64,000 nt of DNA from Vulcanimicrobiota bacterium (GTDB taxonomy: Bacteria > Vulcanimicrobiota > Vulcanimicrobiia > Vulcanimicrobiales > Vulcanimicrobiaceae), in contig CAVRQT010000003.1 in assembly GCA_963723515.1 (NCBI GenBank), positions 64,001-128,000 on the forward strand, given 5' to 3'. The notes under the pieces were generated by a model. It was not told the origin of the DNA. It saw only the letters and a list, made by a program, of their open reading frames with translations, and made no database searches. A program made the position numbers and the translations under genes. This document shows positions 10,325-20,925 of this stretch, piece after piece; the stretch's first letter is position 1, and each line of letters begins with the position of its first letter.

Positions 10325-11077
10325 GTGCATCCCCTTCATCTCCAGCCGGCGCGCTCTGCCGGCGTCGCGCTGTTCTCCGGCGCACTCAACAGCGTCGCGG
10401 GCGGCGGAAGTTTCCTGACCTTTCCAACGCTGATCTTCACCGGCGTACCGCCGATCGAGGCGAACGCGACGAGCAATTTGGCGCTTTGGGTCGGCACGAT
10501 CGGCAGCGCGCGCGGCTACAAAGAGGAAGTTCGCGAGCACCGCCATCTGCTGACGTCTGCGATCGTCGTCAGCATTTGCGGATCGCTGCTCGGCGCAATT
10601 TTGCTTTTGCGCACGCCGGAGCACACGTTCACGCGTTTGATTCCGTTTCTGCTGCTCTTCGCGACGCTCGTCTTTGCGTTTTCGCCGCTGTTTGGTAGCG
10701 CGCGCTTATCGGAGGCGCGGCACCATTCACCGCTGCAGCTGGCGGCGCAGTTCGTCACGGCAATCTATGGCGGCTATTTCGGCGCCGGCATGGGATTTGT
10801 GATGCTGGCGATTCTTTCGTTCTCAGGATTGCCGAATTTGAACGCGATGAACGCGGTCAAAAATGTATTGGCCGTTGCGATCAACGGCGTCGCACTGATT
10901 CCGTTCATCATCGCAGGCATCATCGAATGGCCACAGGCGCTTTTGATGGCGGCGGCCGCCGTTATCGGAGGGTATTTCGGCTCGCGCATCGCACGCCGAA
11001 TTCCGGCGCCGCTGCTACGCAGCGCCGTGATTGTGCTCGGCGCACTAATGACCGTCTATTTCTTTGTCAGGAGATGA
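10325..11077 (+). CDS. TauE/SafE family membrane protein
   Basis: LNSVAGGGSFLTFPTL, ANATS, YGGYFGAGMG; multiple TM helices. Confidence 0.85.
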   Translation: MHPLHLQPARSAGVALFSGALNSVAGGGSFLTFPTLIFTGVPPIEANATSNLALWVGTIGSARGYKEEVREHRHLLTSAIVVSICGSLLGAILLLRTPEHTFTRLIPFLLLFATLVFAFSPLFGSARLSEARHHSPLQLAAQFVTAIYGGYFGAGMGFVMLAILSFSGLPNLNAMNAVKNVLAVAINGVALIPFIIAGIIEWPQALLMAAAAVIGGYFGSRIARRIPAPLLRSAVIVLGALMTVYFFVRR

Positions 11078-12303
11078 CCATGCCGCACGTTGTGTTTCGA
11101 AATTTGAAACGTTCGCGCTCACGTCGCTGTTGCTGGTGCTCTGTGGCGCAATCGGTAGCGCCGCGCCGCCGCTCGCGACCAATCGATCGCTCACCGCCGC
11201 CTTGCGCGCCGATTTGCAAACATATCTCGTCAAGCGCGCCGCACCGGAGCACATTAGCGCCGTGTCGTTGGCCATAAGCGTTCCTGGCAAGCCGACGCTG
11301 GCGCTCGCCGTGGGACGGTTTACGACCTCGCCACATTCGGCGCCCGTCGATACATCGTCGCTCTTTCAGATCGGCAGCAACACGAAGGCCTTTACCGCGG
11401 CGATCATTTTGAATTTAGAGGCGCAACACAAATTAAGCATCTCCGATACGGTCGGCAAGTGGCTTCCGCAGTATCCAGCGTGGAAAAATATCACGATTCG
11501 CCGGCTGCTCAATATGACCAGCGGCATTCCGACGTACGACAACGATCCGGCCTTTCAGCGGCGGTGGGCTGCAGATCCGTACCACCACTATACGCCGGCT
11601 GAATTCGTCGCGAGCGTCTATCCGAAGAACGGTCGTCGCGCAGCTTCACCGCGGCTGGTACTACTCAAACACCGCTTACATCTTATCTGAAATGATTATC
11701 AAGCGCGCAAGCGGGCTCAACTATTCGGATGCGTTGCAGAAGTACTGCATCGAGCCGTTGCATCTGCACGATGTGTATTACGATCCAAACCAATTGCCCA
11801 ACTCGTTATTGCAGCGCGAGGTGTCCGGCTACTTTGCCAGCGACGACCCGGATAACAAGTATCTCGCTCCGCTCTTCGGCAAGGATACGAAACCATTCAC
11901 GCTTTCATGGGCGCAGTCGGCGGGCGCGATCGTTGCGACGCCAAGCGCACTGATTCCGTGGTTTCGTGCGCTGTACGAAGGAAGCGCGATGCCCGCAGAA
12001 ACAGCGCGCGAGTTATTCCAACTGGTTTCCGAAAAGAGCGGCAAGCCGATTGCAGGCTTGAGTGCCAAAGACCAACGCGGCTTTGGGCTCGGCGTCGCGG
12101 AGGGGATGCTGCCTATGGTGGGCGCAGCGTGGTATTACGAAGGGATGACGCTCGGCTATCGCGTGCTGCACGTTTGGATTCCAAAGAGCGGCGCGATCAT
12201 CGTGCTCGCCACGAACAGCCAGCCGCGCGCGAAGAGCAACCATCTCGGCAGCGATCTGATGATGCACGTGTACCAAACGCTGCGCGCCTACAACGCGCTG
12301 TAG
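11074..12303 (+). CDS. Secreted serine hydrolase (class C beta-lactamase / D-Ala-D-Ala peptidase family); frameshifts near 11108 and 11635
   Basis: SxxK (GSNTKAF), LLNMTSG; YYSNTAY restored across the frame switch into ORF 11692..12303; ATGA overlap with the upstream stop. Confidence 0.8.
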
Positions 12304-12308
12304 GAGCT

Positions 12309-15300
12309 TTAGGCTGTAGGAACAGCTTCCGCGTTGTGGGACGCGCGACGGACGTTCCGGCGGCGCCGCGGTTGGTTTCGGCGCGAAGCGCGGTTCGATG
12401 TGATCGGCGACCCACAAATACAGCGTCGGAATAACGACGAGCGAGAGCAGCGTCGAGCACAGTAATCCGCCGATAACCACGGTTCCGAGCGGCGCTTGCG
12501 TCGAGCTGCCCGCTTCGATGCCGATCGTGATCGGCGTCATGCCGCCGATCGTCGCGAGCGTCGTCATCAAGATCGGCCGTAATCGCAGCGGCGCAGCTTG
12601 CATGACGGCATCGCGCGCCGGCATTCCTTCGTGTCGTAATTGGTTCGTAAATTCGACGACCAGAATTGCGTTCTTCACGACGATGCCCACGAGCATCAAG
12701 ACACCGATGAACGCGGTCAGCCCAAAGGCGCGATGCGTGACGAAGAGCGCCAGCACGACGCCGGCCAAGGCCAGCGGTACCGCCATCATGATGACGAGCG
12801 GATGCAGCAGCGATTCAAATTGCGCCGCGAGCAGCATGTAGATCAGCAAGATGGCCAGCGCGACGATCAACGCCAAGCTGCTGAAGGTGCTGCCTTGCTG
12901 CGTGATCGCGGGGCCGTACTGCCAGTAGTAGCCGGACGGTAGTGCGAGCGAATTCATGACCCGCGTCGACTGCCCGATGACAGCGCCTAGGCTCGTGTTC
13001 GTCAACGAAGCGGTGATGTCGATTTCGCGCTGCTTGTTTTGCCGGCTGATCTGCGAGGGGCCCGAGCCAATTTGCACTTGCGCGACTTCAGAGAGCGGAA
13101 CGGTTTGCAGCGAGTAGCTTTGTCCCGCCGGTGCGTTGACCGTGCTGATGAGGCCGCTGCTGCCGCCGACGCCGCCCGAAGGTCCGTTCGCCGAAGTGCT
13201 GGCCGACGATTGCACCGCGCCGCTCGTCGGCACCGCAAGCGCAAGCCCGGCAATCGAGGAGTACGTGCGCCGCTGGTTCGCCGGCAATTGCACCATGATC
13301 GGATACTGCGTGCCGTTGATCTGCAAGTACGAAGCAATCGAACCGCTCGTCGCGGTGTCGATCGCTTGTGAAATCTGCGAAGTGGAGAGGCCGAGGGTCG
13401 CCGCCTTGACGCGATCGATGTTGATGTTCAACAGCGGCTGCGATGCCGTGATGTTGGTATCAGGACGAGTAACGCCGGGGATTTGCGCGATATCCGGAAT
13501 CGCTTGCTGCGCGATTTGTGAAAGCTTGGTTACGTCCGGTCCGAAAATCTGAATCTGCAGCTCGTCTTGGCCTTGCGAGATGATCTGTTGCACGATGTCG
13601 ATCGTCCGTCCGAAGACCGTCAGACCAACGATGGGCCGCCCGATCATCTGACGGAATTGCGCGAACTGCGCGGACCGTGCGCCTCCGCCGGCCGCAGTGC
13701 ACCGCCGCCCGCGGCGCCGCCGGCACCGCGCGCGCCCGCCGGGCGTTGTCCGGTCAATCCATTCTGCCAAGTTTGCACGAACCGCGCGGCCTCGGCGCTG
13801 CTGATCCCGGGACGCAAGGTCACCGAAAGGTTCGACTTGGTTCGTGACCGCTTGACCGCCACCGAAGCCGCCACCGACGCCGACTGAGGCGCCGACGTCA
13901 ACAACGCGCGGATCGCGGTGGAGACGGCTTTCGACATCCTTGGTTACGGCGTTGGTAATGTTGAGCGCCGTGCCCGTCGGCATCCGCAAGGTAAACCGAA
14001 CGAACCGCGAGTTTGTCTGCGGGAAGAGCTCGGTTTGGACCAAGCCGAACTTGAGCGCGATCAACGTCACGAAGAAGATCGCTGCGGCAACGCCGACCAC
14101 GCGCCCCGGATGGTCCAAAGACCACCCTAAGAATTGTTTATACCGTGCGGAGAATCGCTCGTACTGACGGTCGAAGGCGGCGCTAAAGCGAGCGTAAGCG
14201 CTTTTCGGCGCGCCGTTGCGCTTCAGTAGCTCGCGTCCCCACAACCGTGTCGCGAGCATCGGTACCGTTGTGACGGCAACGACCAGCGAGATCGCGACCG
14301 CGACCATCACCATCATCGCGAACGGCGTGAAGAGCAATCCTTGCAAGCCCCGGGATCAAGACGAGCGGCACAAAGACGGTGACAACGGTGATCGACGAGG
14401 CGAGCACGGCCATGAAGATCTGCGTCACGGCGTTTTGTGCGGCTTGTTGAATCGGCTGTCCGCCGACGTAGTGGCGATAGATGTTTTCGATGACGACGAT
14501 TGCGTCGTCGACAATCAAGCCGACGGCAAGCGCCAATCCTCCCAGCGTCATCACGTTCAGCGAGTACTGCAGCACGTACGCTGCGAAGAGCGTTCCGAGC
14601 ACCGAGATCGGCAGCGAGATCGCGACGATCATCGTCGAGCGCCATGAATGCAAGAACAAGAGAATGATCAGGACGGCAAGCACGGCACCGTAAATCGCCG
14701 TGTGCTCGAGCGCCGTAACGGCATCGGTGATGAAACCGCGCTGATCGAAAACGACGCCGAACTTCATTGTCGGGTAACGCTTTTCGAGGTCTCTGATCTT
14801 GGCGTAAACGCCGTTTGCGACGCCGACGACATTCGCGTCCGGCTGAGCGGTGACCGAGAGGCTTACCGCGTTCGTCCCGTTCAAGCGGTTGAACGTGCGC
14901 TGTTCTTCGATTGAGTCGCTGACCTTGGCAACGTCACGCACGAAGACCGGCGCGCCGTTCTTGGTCGTGACGAGGATGTCTGCGATCTGCTGCGCACCCT
15001 GGAAAAGCGCGTTGGTTTGCAATCTGATACTCGTCGGGCCGACCTGCACGATGCCGGCCGGAAGGTTGACGTTTTCCGCGGAGATGCGGCTGACGAGCTG
15101 ATCCGCCGTCAGACCGTACCCGGCCAAGAGATTCTGATCTGGTTGCACCATGATCGCGCGCGTCTGTCCGGCGCTGCTGTTCACCGAGCCGACGCCTTGG
15201 ACCGACGAGAATTCATCGTCGAGCTGATTGGTGAACAAGTCGTTCAAATCGCTCAGCTTGCGCGTCGGGTCGGTGACGAATGCACGAATAACCGGCAGCG

Positions 15301-15751
15301 AATTTGGATCGAACTTTTGGATCTGCGGGGTCTGAAGATTCGGATCGTTCGGCAACTGTCCGCGAATGCGATCGACCTGCTCTTGTACGTCGACCGCTGC
15401 GGTGTCGATATTGACGCCGTAATGGAACTGCGCGCGGACGCTCGTCTGGCCTTCGGCCGAGGTCGAGTTGATCGTATCGATGCCCGCGACGCGGCTGACC
15501 GCATTTTCGATCGGTCGAGTGACGAGCGTTTCCATCGAGGCCGGCGAGACATTCGGATAGGTGACGCTCACCGAGATGATCGGCGGTGAGAAGCTCGGCA
15601 GCAGCGAGATCGCCAGGCGCGGAATCGCAAAAAGGCCCAGCACAATGAGCGCCGTCGCCATCATCGCGACGGCGACGCGCCGGTTTACGGCAAAGCGCGC
15701 GATCGGGTTCGGCCGCTGCTTCTCTCCGGTGAGGTTCAGGCCGTCACTCAT
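12309..15751 (-). CDS. RND (AcrB-family) efflux permease; several apparent frameshifts (~14348, ~13835, ~13690, ~12330)
   Basis: VGLIVDDAIVVIENI, GIVVKNAILVVEF, RLRPILMTT, APLGTVVIGGL; ORFs 14183..15751, 13644..13937 and 12013..14346 combine into one protein. Confidence 0.85.
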
Positions 15752-15812
15752 ACGTTTGTCTTAAGTATGGGCTTGGCCGGCTGTGAGCGCCATGAGAATA
15801 GCATTCCCATCG

Positions 15813-15841
15813 TTGCAAGACTCAAGTCGCTATGGTATCGT
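15813..15841 (+). promoter_or_regulatory. Sigma70-type promoter of the rpsF operon
   Basis: TTGCAA-17 bp-TATCGT with extended -10 TG. Confidence 0.6.
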
Positions 15842-15877
15842 AGGACGGTTTTCGGGCGGTCAACGACCGCCTGACCC

Positions 15878-15943
15878 GCTGCCCGCCTTGCTGAGGTGGG
15901 CCTCCGTGCGATCCCGCATGGAGTCCAAAGAGGGAGAGATTTC
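15878..15943 (+). promoter_or_regulatory. Putative S6:S18 ribosomal protein leader RNA
   Basis: Directly upstream of rpsF: CCTTGC ... hairpin CTCCGTGCG/CGCATGGAG ... GTCCAAAGAGGGAG (SD); layout resembles Firmicutes rpsF leaders. Confidence 0.5.
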
Positions 15944-16291
15944 ATGCAGACCGATTACGAGGTCGTCTATATCCTTCGGCCTCAGCTCGAGGAAGCCGAA
16001 GCGGATGAGCGCGCCAACGCGATTGCCGATATCCTCAAGCGCTCCGGCGGTGAAGTTCGCACGCTCGAAAAGCTCGGCAAGAAGCGCCTTGCGTACGAGA
16101 TCGGCGATTTTCGAGAAGGCATCTACGTCGTGATGGGATTCCGCAGTGAAGCCGCCGCCGCGCGCGAGCTGGAACGGCAACTGCGACTCAATGACGACGT
16201 TGTGCGAGCGCTCATGGTAAAGCTCGATCCGCGTGCGCTGGCCGCCGCAGCGGCAGCACCCCCTCCACCACCTACGCCAGCGCCCGCGTAG
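15944..16291 (+). CDS. rpsF: 30S ribosomal protein S6 with Ala/Pro tail
   Basis: YEVVYILRP, LGKKRLAYEI, EGIYV, LRLNDDVVR. Confidence 0.95.
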   Translation: MQTDYEVVYILRPQLEEAEADERANAIADILKRSGGEVRTLEKLGKKRLAYEIGDFREGIYVVMGFRSEAAAARELERQLRLNDDVVRALMVKLDPRALAAAAAAPPPPPTPAPA

Positions 16292-16400
16292 GGGGCCCAG
16301 CTTCTAAGGGCTCGAGAAAAGCACAATGTCACCCAGTTGGCACAGTGGGGCGCTACCTTTAACTTCATCCCACAACCTATAAGTAAAGCGGAGAAATCAC

Positions 16401-16835
16401 ATGGCAGGTTCATTCAATCGGGTCATCTTGGTCGGAAATCTCGTGCGCGATCCGGAGATCCGCTATATCGGCAGCGGCGCTGCCGTGACAAAGTTTACCT
16501 TGGCCGTCAATCGGCGCAGCAAGCAGCAAGAAGAGACGGACTTCATCGACATCGTCGCTTGGGAGAAGCTCGCGGAAACGTGCAACACGTACCTCAAGAA
16601 AGGCATGAGTTGCTTGGTCGAAGGGCGGCTCTCAATCCGTTCCTATGAAGACAAGGAAGGACAGAAGCGTAAATCGACCGAGGTCGTGATCAACACGATG
16701 CAGATGCTCGATCGTGCGCAGCGGCGTGAATCGCTCGATGAAGGGCAAGCGCCGGTCGGCGTCGGAGCGGCGGCCGCTCCACGTCCCGCCTCCAATGGGC
16801 TCGATCTCGATCAAGAAGAAGAGATCCCGTTTTAA
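16401..16835 (+). CDS. ssb: Single-stranded DNA-binding protein
   Basis: NRVILVGNLVRDPE, FTLAVNR, VEGRL, acidic tail EEEIPF. Confidence 0.97.
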   Translation: MAGSFNRVILVGNLVRDPEIRYIGSGAAVTKFTLAVNRRSKQQEETDFIDIVAWEKLAETCNTYLKKGMSCLVEGRLSIRSYEDKEGQKRKSTEVVINTMQMLDRAQRRESLDEGQAPVGVGAAAAPRPASNGLDLDQEEEIPF

Positions 16836-17087
16836 ATGCCACCGAAGACGAAAAGCAAGCGCGCGCTTAAGGATCGCCGGCCGAAGCGCAAACCGTGCAG
16901 TTTCTGCATCGAGAAGGCGATCGACATCAATTACAAGGACGTCCCGCGGCTGCGCAAGTGCATCTCGGAGCGCGGCAAGATTTTGCCGCGACGAATTTCG
17001 GGGAATTGCGCCAAGCATCAGCGGCTGCTGACCGTCGCAGTCAAGCGGGCGCGTATCATCGCGTTCCTGCCGTTCGTCGCCGAATGA
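16836..17087 (+). CDS. rpsR: 30S ribosomal protein S18 (Cys-containing form)
   Basis: [31 protein letters not shown]. Confidence 0.97.
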   Translation: MPPKTKSKRALKDRRPKRKPCSFCIEKAIDINYKDVPRLRKCISERGKILPRRISGNCAKHQRLLTVAVKRARIIAFLPFVAE

Positions 17088-17091
17088 CGCA

Positions 17092-17538
17092 ATGAAACTG
17101 ATCTTGCTGAGCGACGTCAAGCCGCTCGGCAAACGCGGCGAAGTCGTTGAAGTCGCCGAGGGCTACGCCCGAAATTACCTTCTGCCGCGGCAGCTCGCGG
17201 CCGAGGCATCGAAAGGTGCACTGACCGCCTTAGCCGATCAGCAGCGCGCGAAGGACAAGCGCGCCGCGCAGAGTCTCGCTGAGGCCAAGGCGACCGCGCA
17301 GCGGCTGGAAAGCATGCCCGTGTCGGTCAGCGCGAAATGCGGCGCCAACGGTCGACTCTTCGGCACCGTGACAAGCGCTCAAATCGCTGAAGCGATCGAG
17401 CGAGCGTTTTCGATCACGGTGGACCGCCATAAGATCGGCTTGAAAGATCCGATCAAGGCCCTGGGTTCCTATCCGATCGAGATCAAGCTCGGACAGAGTA
17501 TCGTCGCCAAAACATTTGTGAATGTCGTTGCTGCCTAA
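17092..17538 (+). CDS. rplI: 50S ribosomal protein L9
   Basis: MKLILLSDVKPLGKRGEVVEVAEGYARNYLLP, GRLFGTVT, PIKALG. Confidence 0.97.
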   Translation: MKLILLSDVKPLGKRGEVVEVAEGYARNYLLPRQLAAEASKGALTALADQQRAKDKRAAQSLAEAKATAQRLESMPVSVSAKCGANGRLFGTVTSAQIAEAIERAFSITVDRHKIGLKDPIKALGSYPIEIKLGQSIVAKTFVNVVAA

Positions 17539-19486
17539 GAAGAGATACACGCGCGAGAATCAGCTCGGGCGATACGTGACCGCGCTCTACGACGTGCTTT
17601 CGAATGTCCTCGGCGCCGACAAGGTCGTCTTGCGCGCGGGGAAACTTGGAGCCCTCAAGTTGATGCGCTCGCAGGCGTTATCAGATCGGGTCGTTGCATT
17701 GCAGCGCCTCGTTTTTGAAGATCCGACGTTCGAACGGATGACGACTCCGGCCCAAGTCCGGCGCGCGTTAAGCGAAATCGAAGATGGCCTCGCCGATCTG
17801 ATCGCTCAGAAGAACGTTGAAGATTCTATCGAGCGCAAGATCAACGAAAAGATGAGCGAGCGCCATCAAGACTATCTCAACGATCTGAAGCTTGAAGCGC
17901 TCAAGGAAGATTCCGGTCCGGAGACGCCCGCTACGCAGAAGAAACTCGAGGAGCTCAACGCGCTCTCTGATCGCGGCCTCGCGGCGTCAGCGCTGCAGTT
18001 GCTGCGCCCGGAATCGCTGCGCGAGATCGTCGGACAGGAGAGCGCTGTTCGGTCGCTCTTGGCGAAAATTTCCTCGCCGTACCCGCAGCATGTGATTCTC
18101 TTCGGGCCGCCGGGCGTTGGAAAGACGACGGTCGCGCGGCTAGTGCTCGAGGTCGCGAAATCGCGCACGTACACACCCTTCGCGAAGGATGCGCCGTTCG
18201 TTGAAGCGAGCGGTTCGACGTTGCGGTGGGATCCGCGCGAAACGACAAATCCGCTGCTCGGAAGCGTGCACGATCCGATTTACCAGGGCAGCCGGCGAGA
18301 TTTTGCCGAGAGCGGTATCCCGGAGCCCAAACTTGGGCTCGTGACCAAAGCACATGGCGGCGTGCTCTTCATCGACGAGATCGGGGAGCTCGATCCGATG
18401 ATGCAAACGCGCCTGCTCAAGGTGCTCGAGGACAAACGCGTCACCTTCGAGTCGTCATACTTCGACGAATCGATGCCGAACGTGCCGGCCTACATTAAGA
18501 AGCTCTTTGCGCAAGGCGCGCCGGCGGACTTCATTTTGATCGGCGCGACGACGCGCGAGCCCGACGACATCGATCCGGCGATCCTCTCGCGCTGTGCCAG
18601 CGTCTATTTTGAGCCGCTGACGCAATCGCAAATCGTGGCAATCGTGGAAGGCGCTCTCAAGCGGCTCGGCGCGAAGGCGCCTAAGGCCGTCCCGCAACTG
18701 ATCGCCTCATACACCATCGAAGGCCGTAAGGCGGTGCAGATTGTTGCCGACGCCTACGGGCAGGCGCTCTACCGCCTGCATCCCACGGGGCACTCGGATT
18801 TGAAGCGACGCTCGCCGCACATTAGCGAACACGACGTCAATGTCGTCGTTCAAGCGAGCCGTCTCGTTCAGCACACGCTCGTGAAAGGGCGACCGGTCCG
18901 CGAGATCGGCAAGACGTTCGGATTGGGCGTCCTGCATTATCTAGGCAGCATCATCGAAATCGAAGCCGTCGCCTTTCCGGCATCTGAAGTGCACAAAGGA
19001 ACGGTGCGCTTCAACGATGCGGCTGGTTCAATGGCCAAAGATAGTGTTTTCAACGCAGCGGCGGTCGTGCGCGCCGTTGCCGGCCTCGACATGTCCGAAT
19101 TTGACGTGCACGTCAATGTGATCGGCGGCGGCAATATCGATGGACCGTCCGCCGGACTCGCGATTTTCATGGCGCTCTATTCCGCGCTGACCAAGACGCC
19201 GTTGCCGCAAGACATCGCGCTGACGGGCGAGCTCTCGATTCAGGGCAAGGTGCGTCCGGTCGGCGGAATCATCGAGAAGCTGTACGCCGCGCGGCAAGCA
19301 GGCATGCGCGCGATGATCGTTCCAAAGGAAAACCTGCGCGAAATCGACGCCAATCTCGCGGGAATCGAAATTATCCCGGTGACGACGGTCGAGCAAGCTT
19401 TTGACGCGCTCGGCGTCCACAAGAAATCCACAATTTCGTCCACAAGGCCGCACCCGCGTTCGCGCCGCACATCTAACGTTCGCTGA
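17522..19486 (+). CDS. lonC: LonC/LonB-type ATP-dependent protease
   Basis: Walker A GPPGVGKT, Walker B LFIDE, Lon protease DGPSAG and EKLYAA; rplI-lonC-dnaB order. Confidence 0.85.
   Translation: MSLLPKKRYTRENQLGRYVTALYDVLSNVLGADKVVLRAGKLGALKLMRSQALSDRVVALQRLVFEDPTFERMTTPAQVRRALSEIEDGLADLIAQKNVEDSIERKINEKMSERHQDYLNDLKLEALKEDSGPETPATQKKLEELNALSDRGLAASALQLLRPESLREIVGQESAVRSLLAKISSPYPQHVILFGPPGVGKTTVARLVLEVAKSRTYTPFAKDAPFVEASGSTLRWDPRETTNPLLGSVHDPIYQGSRRDFAESGIPEPKLGLVTKAHGGVLFIDEIGELDPMMQTRLLKVLEDKRVTFESSYFDESMPNVPAYIKKLFAQGAPADFILIGATTREPDDIDPAILSRCASVYFEPLTQSQIVAIVEGALKRLGAKAPKAVPQLIASYTIEGRKAVQIVADAYGQALYRLHPTGHSDLKRRSPHISEHDVNVVVQASRLVQHTLVKGRPVREIGKTFGLGVLHYLGSIIEIEAVAFPASEVHKGTVRFNDAAGSMAKDSVFNAAAVVRAVAGLDMSEFDVHVNVIGGGNIDGPSAGLAIFMALYSALTKTPLPQDIALTGELSIQGKVRPVGGIIEKLYAARQAGMRAMIVPKENLREIDANLAGIEIIPVTTVEQAFDALGVHKKSTISSTRPHPRSRRTSNVR
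19416..19445 (+). repeat. Three TCCACAA direct repeats upstream of dnaB
   Basis: TCCACAA starts at 19416, 19427 and 19439. Confidence 0.5.
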
Positions 19487-20850
19487 TGGCGCTAAGTGAA
19501 GCCGCGGTAATCGATCGCATCCCTCCGCAAAATCTTGAAGCGGAGATGGCGCTTATCGGTTCGCTTCTTGTCGATCGCGAGATTGCGGGCGTTGTCGCAG
19601 AGATCGTCAAGCCCGAAGATTTCTACGCGCACGTTCACGAGACGATCTATCAAGCGATAATAGACTTGTACGACCGCGGTGAACCGCTCGACAAGATCAC
19701 CGTTTCCGAAGAACTGCAGCGGCGCAACATGCTCGAGCGTGTCGGCGGTCTGTCCTATCTTTCGTCGCTGATGGATACGGTGCAGACGGCCGCATCGGCG
19801 ACATATTATGCCAAGATCGTTCGCGAAAAAGCGACGCTGCGCGGTCTCATTCACGCCGGGACGGAGATCAGCCGGCTGGGATTCGATAGCGAGGCCGACG
19901 TTGATGGCGCGCTCGATCGCTGCGAGCAGTTGGTCTATGAAGTCGGCAGCCATCAGCTCGGCGGTGAATTCGTGCCGATCAAGGCGCTGATGAAACCGGC
20001 GTTCGAGCAGATTGACAAGCTCTTCCACCAGCGCGGCGACCGAACCGGACTGACAACCGGATTCTCCGACGTCGATCAGATGACGACCGGCCTGCATCCC
20101 GGCAACCTCGTCATCATCGCTGCGCGCCCTGGCTTCGGCAAGACATCGTTGGCGCTGAACATGGCGGTCGCAACCGCCAAAGAGGATCAGCTGCCGGTCG
20201 CGTTCTTTTCGCTCGAAATGACGAACGACGAGTTGCTTCAGCGACTGATCTGTTCGGAAGCGAATTTGAATTCGCTGAACATCCGCAAGGGCAACATCAA
20301 AAACAACGAGTGGTCGATCATTGCGGAGGCAATGAGCCGGCTCAACGAATTGCCAATCTATCTCGATGACCAAGGTTCGATCACCGTTTCGGAAATTCGA
20401 AGCCGTTCCCGGCGCCTGAAATCACTGCATGGTCTCGGCATTGTCTTCATCGACTATTTGCAGCTGCTGCGTCCGGCGCCGAGCAACCGTTCAGTCAACC
20501 GCAACGAAGAGCTGTCGGAAATCTGCCGCGTGCTTAAAGCAACCGCCAAAGATTTGGAAGTGCCGATCGTTGCACTTGCACAGTTGAATCGCTCGCTCGA
20601 AGCGCGTCAAGACAAACGCCCGATGCTTTCAGATTTACGTGATTCCGGCGCTATTGAGCAGGAAGCGGATCTCGTTGAGTTTTTATATCGCGACGGTTAT
20701 TACAATCCCGATGCAACGGAAGCCGATTTAACTGAATTGATTCTCGCCAAACAGCGCAACGGGCCAACCGGCCTTGTTAAACTACGATTCCGCGCCGAAA
20801 ACACGAAATTTGTGCCGTACGGCGATGAGTCGTACTACTCGCCACCTTAG
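19486..20850 (+). CDS. dnaB: Replicative DNA helicase
   Basis: PPQNLEAE, AARPGFGKT, FFSLEM, IDYLQL, AQLNR, LSDLRDSGAIEQEAD, AKQRNGPTG; no intein. Confidence 0.97.
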   Translation: MALSEAAVIDRIPPQNLEAEMALIGSLLVDREIAGVVAEIVKPEDFYAHVHETIYQAIIDLYDRGEPLDKITVSEELQRRNMLERVGGLSYLSSLMDTVQTAASATYYAKIVREKATLRGLIHAGTEISRLGFDSEADVDGALDRCEQLVYEVGSHQLGGEFVPIKALMKPAFEQIDKLFHQRGDRTGLTTGFSDVDQMTTGLHPGNLVIIAARPGFGKTSLALNMAVATAKEDQLPVAFFSLEMTNDELLQRLICSEANLNSLNIRKGNIKNNEWSIIAEAMSRLNELPIYLDDQGSITVSEIRSRSRRLKSLHGLGIVFIDYLQLLRPAPSNRSVNRNEELSEICRVLKATAKDLEVPIVALAQLNRSLEARQDKRPMLSDLRDSGAIEQEADLVEFLYRDGYYNPDATEADLTELILAKQRNGPTGLVKLRFRAENTKFVPYGDESYYSPP

Positions 20851-20874
20851 AAGGCGTCGCGTCTCTTAACCGCT

Positions 20875-20925
20875 GTCACCCTGAGCTCAGCCTGCCCTGA
20901 GTTTATCGAAGGGTCGAAGGGCGAC
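20875..20925 (+). repeat. Nested REP-like repeat (one copy inside another)
   Basis: Outer GTCACCCTGAGC...GTCGAAGGGCGAC encloses inner GCCTGCCCTGAGTTTATCGAAGGG (20890-20913). Confidence 0.75.

Noticed and set aside
12013..12308. Long antisense overlap of the RND ORF with the serine hydrolase
   Set aside because: A 1-nt correction near 12330 gives a stop at 12309 and removes the overlap.
17522..19486. Lon protease inside a ribosomal/replication operon as a novelty
   Set aside because: The rplI-lonC-dnaB order is already known from Clostridia-like genomes.
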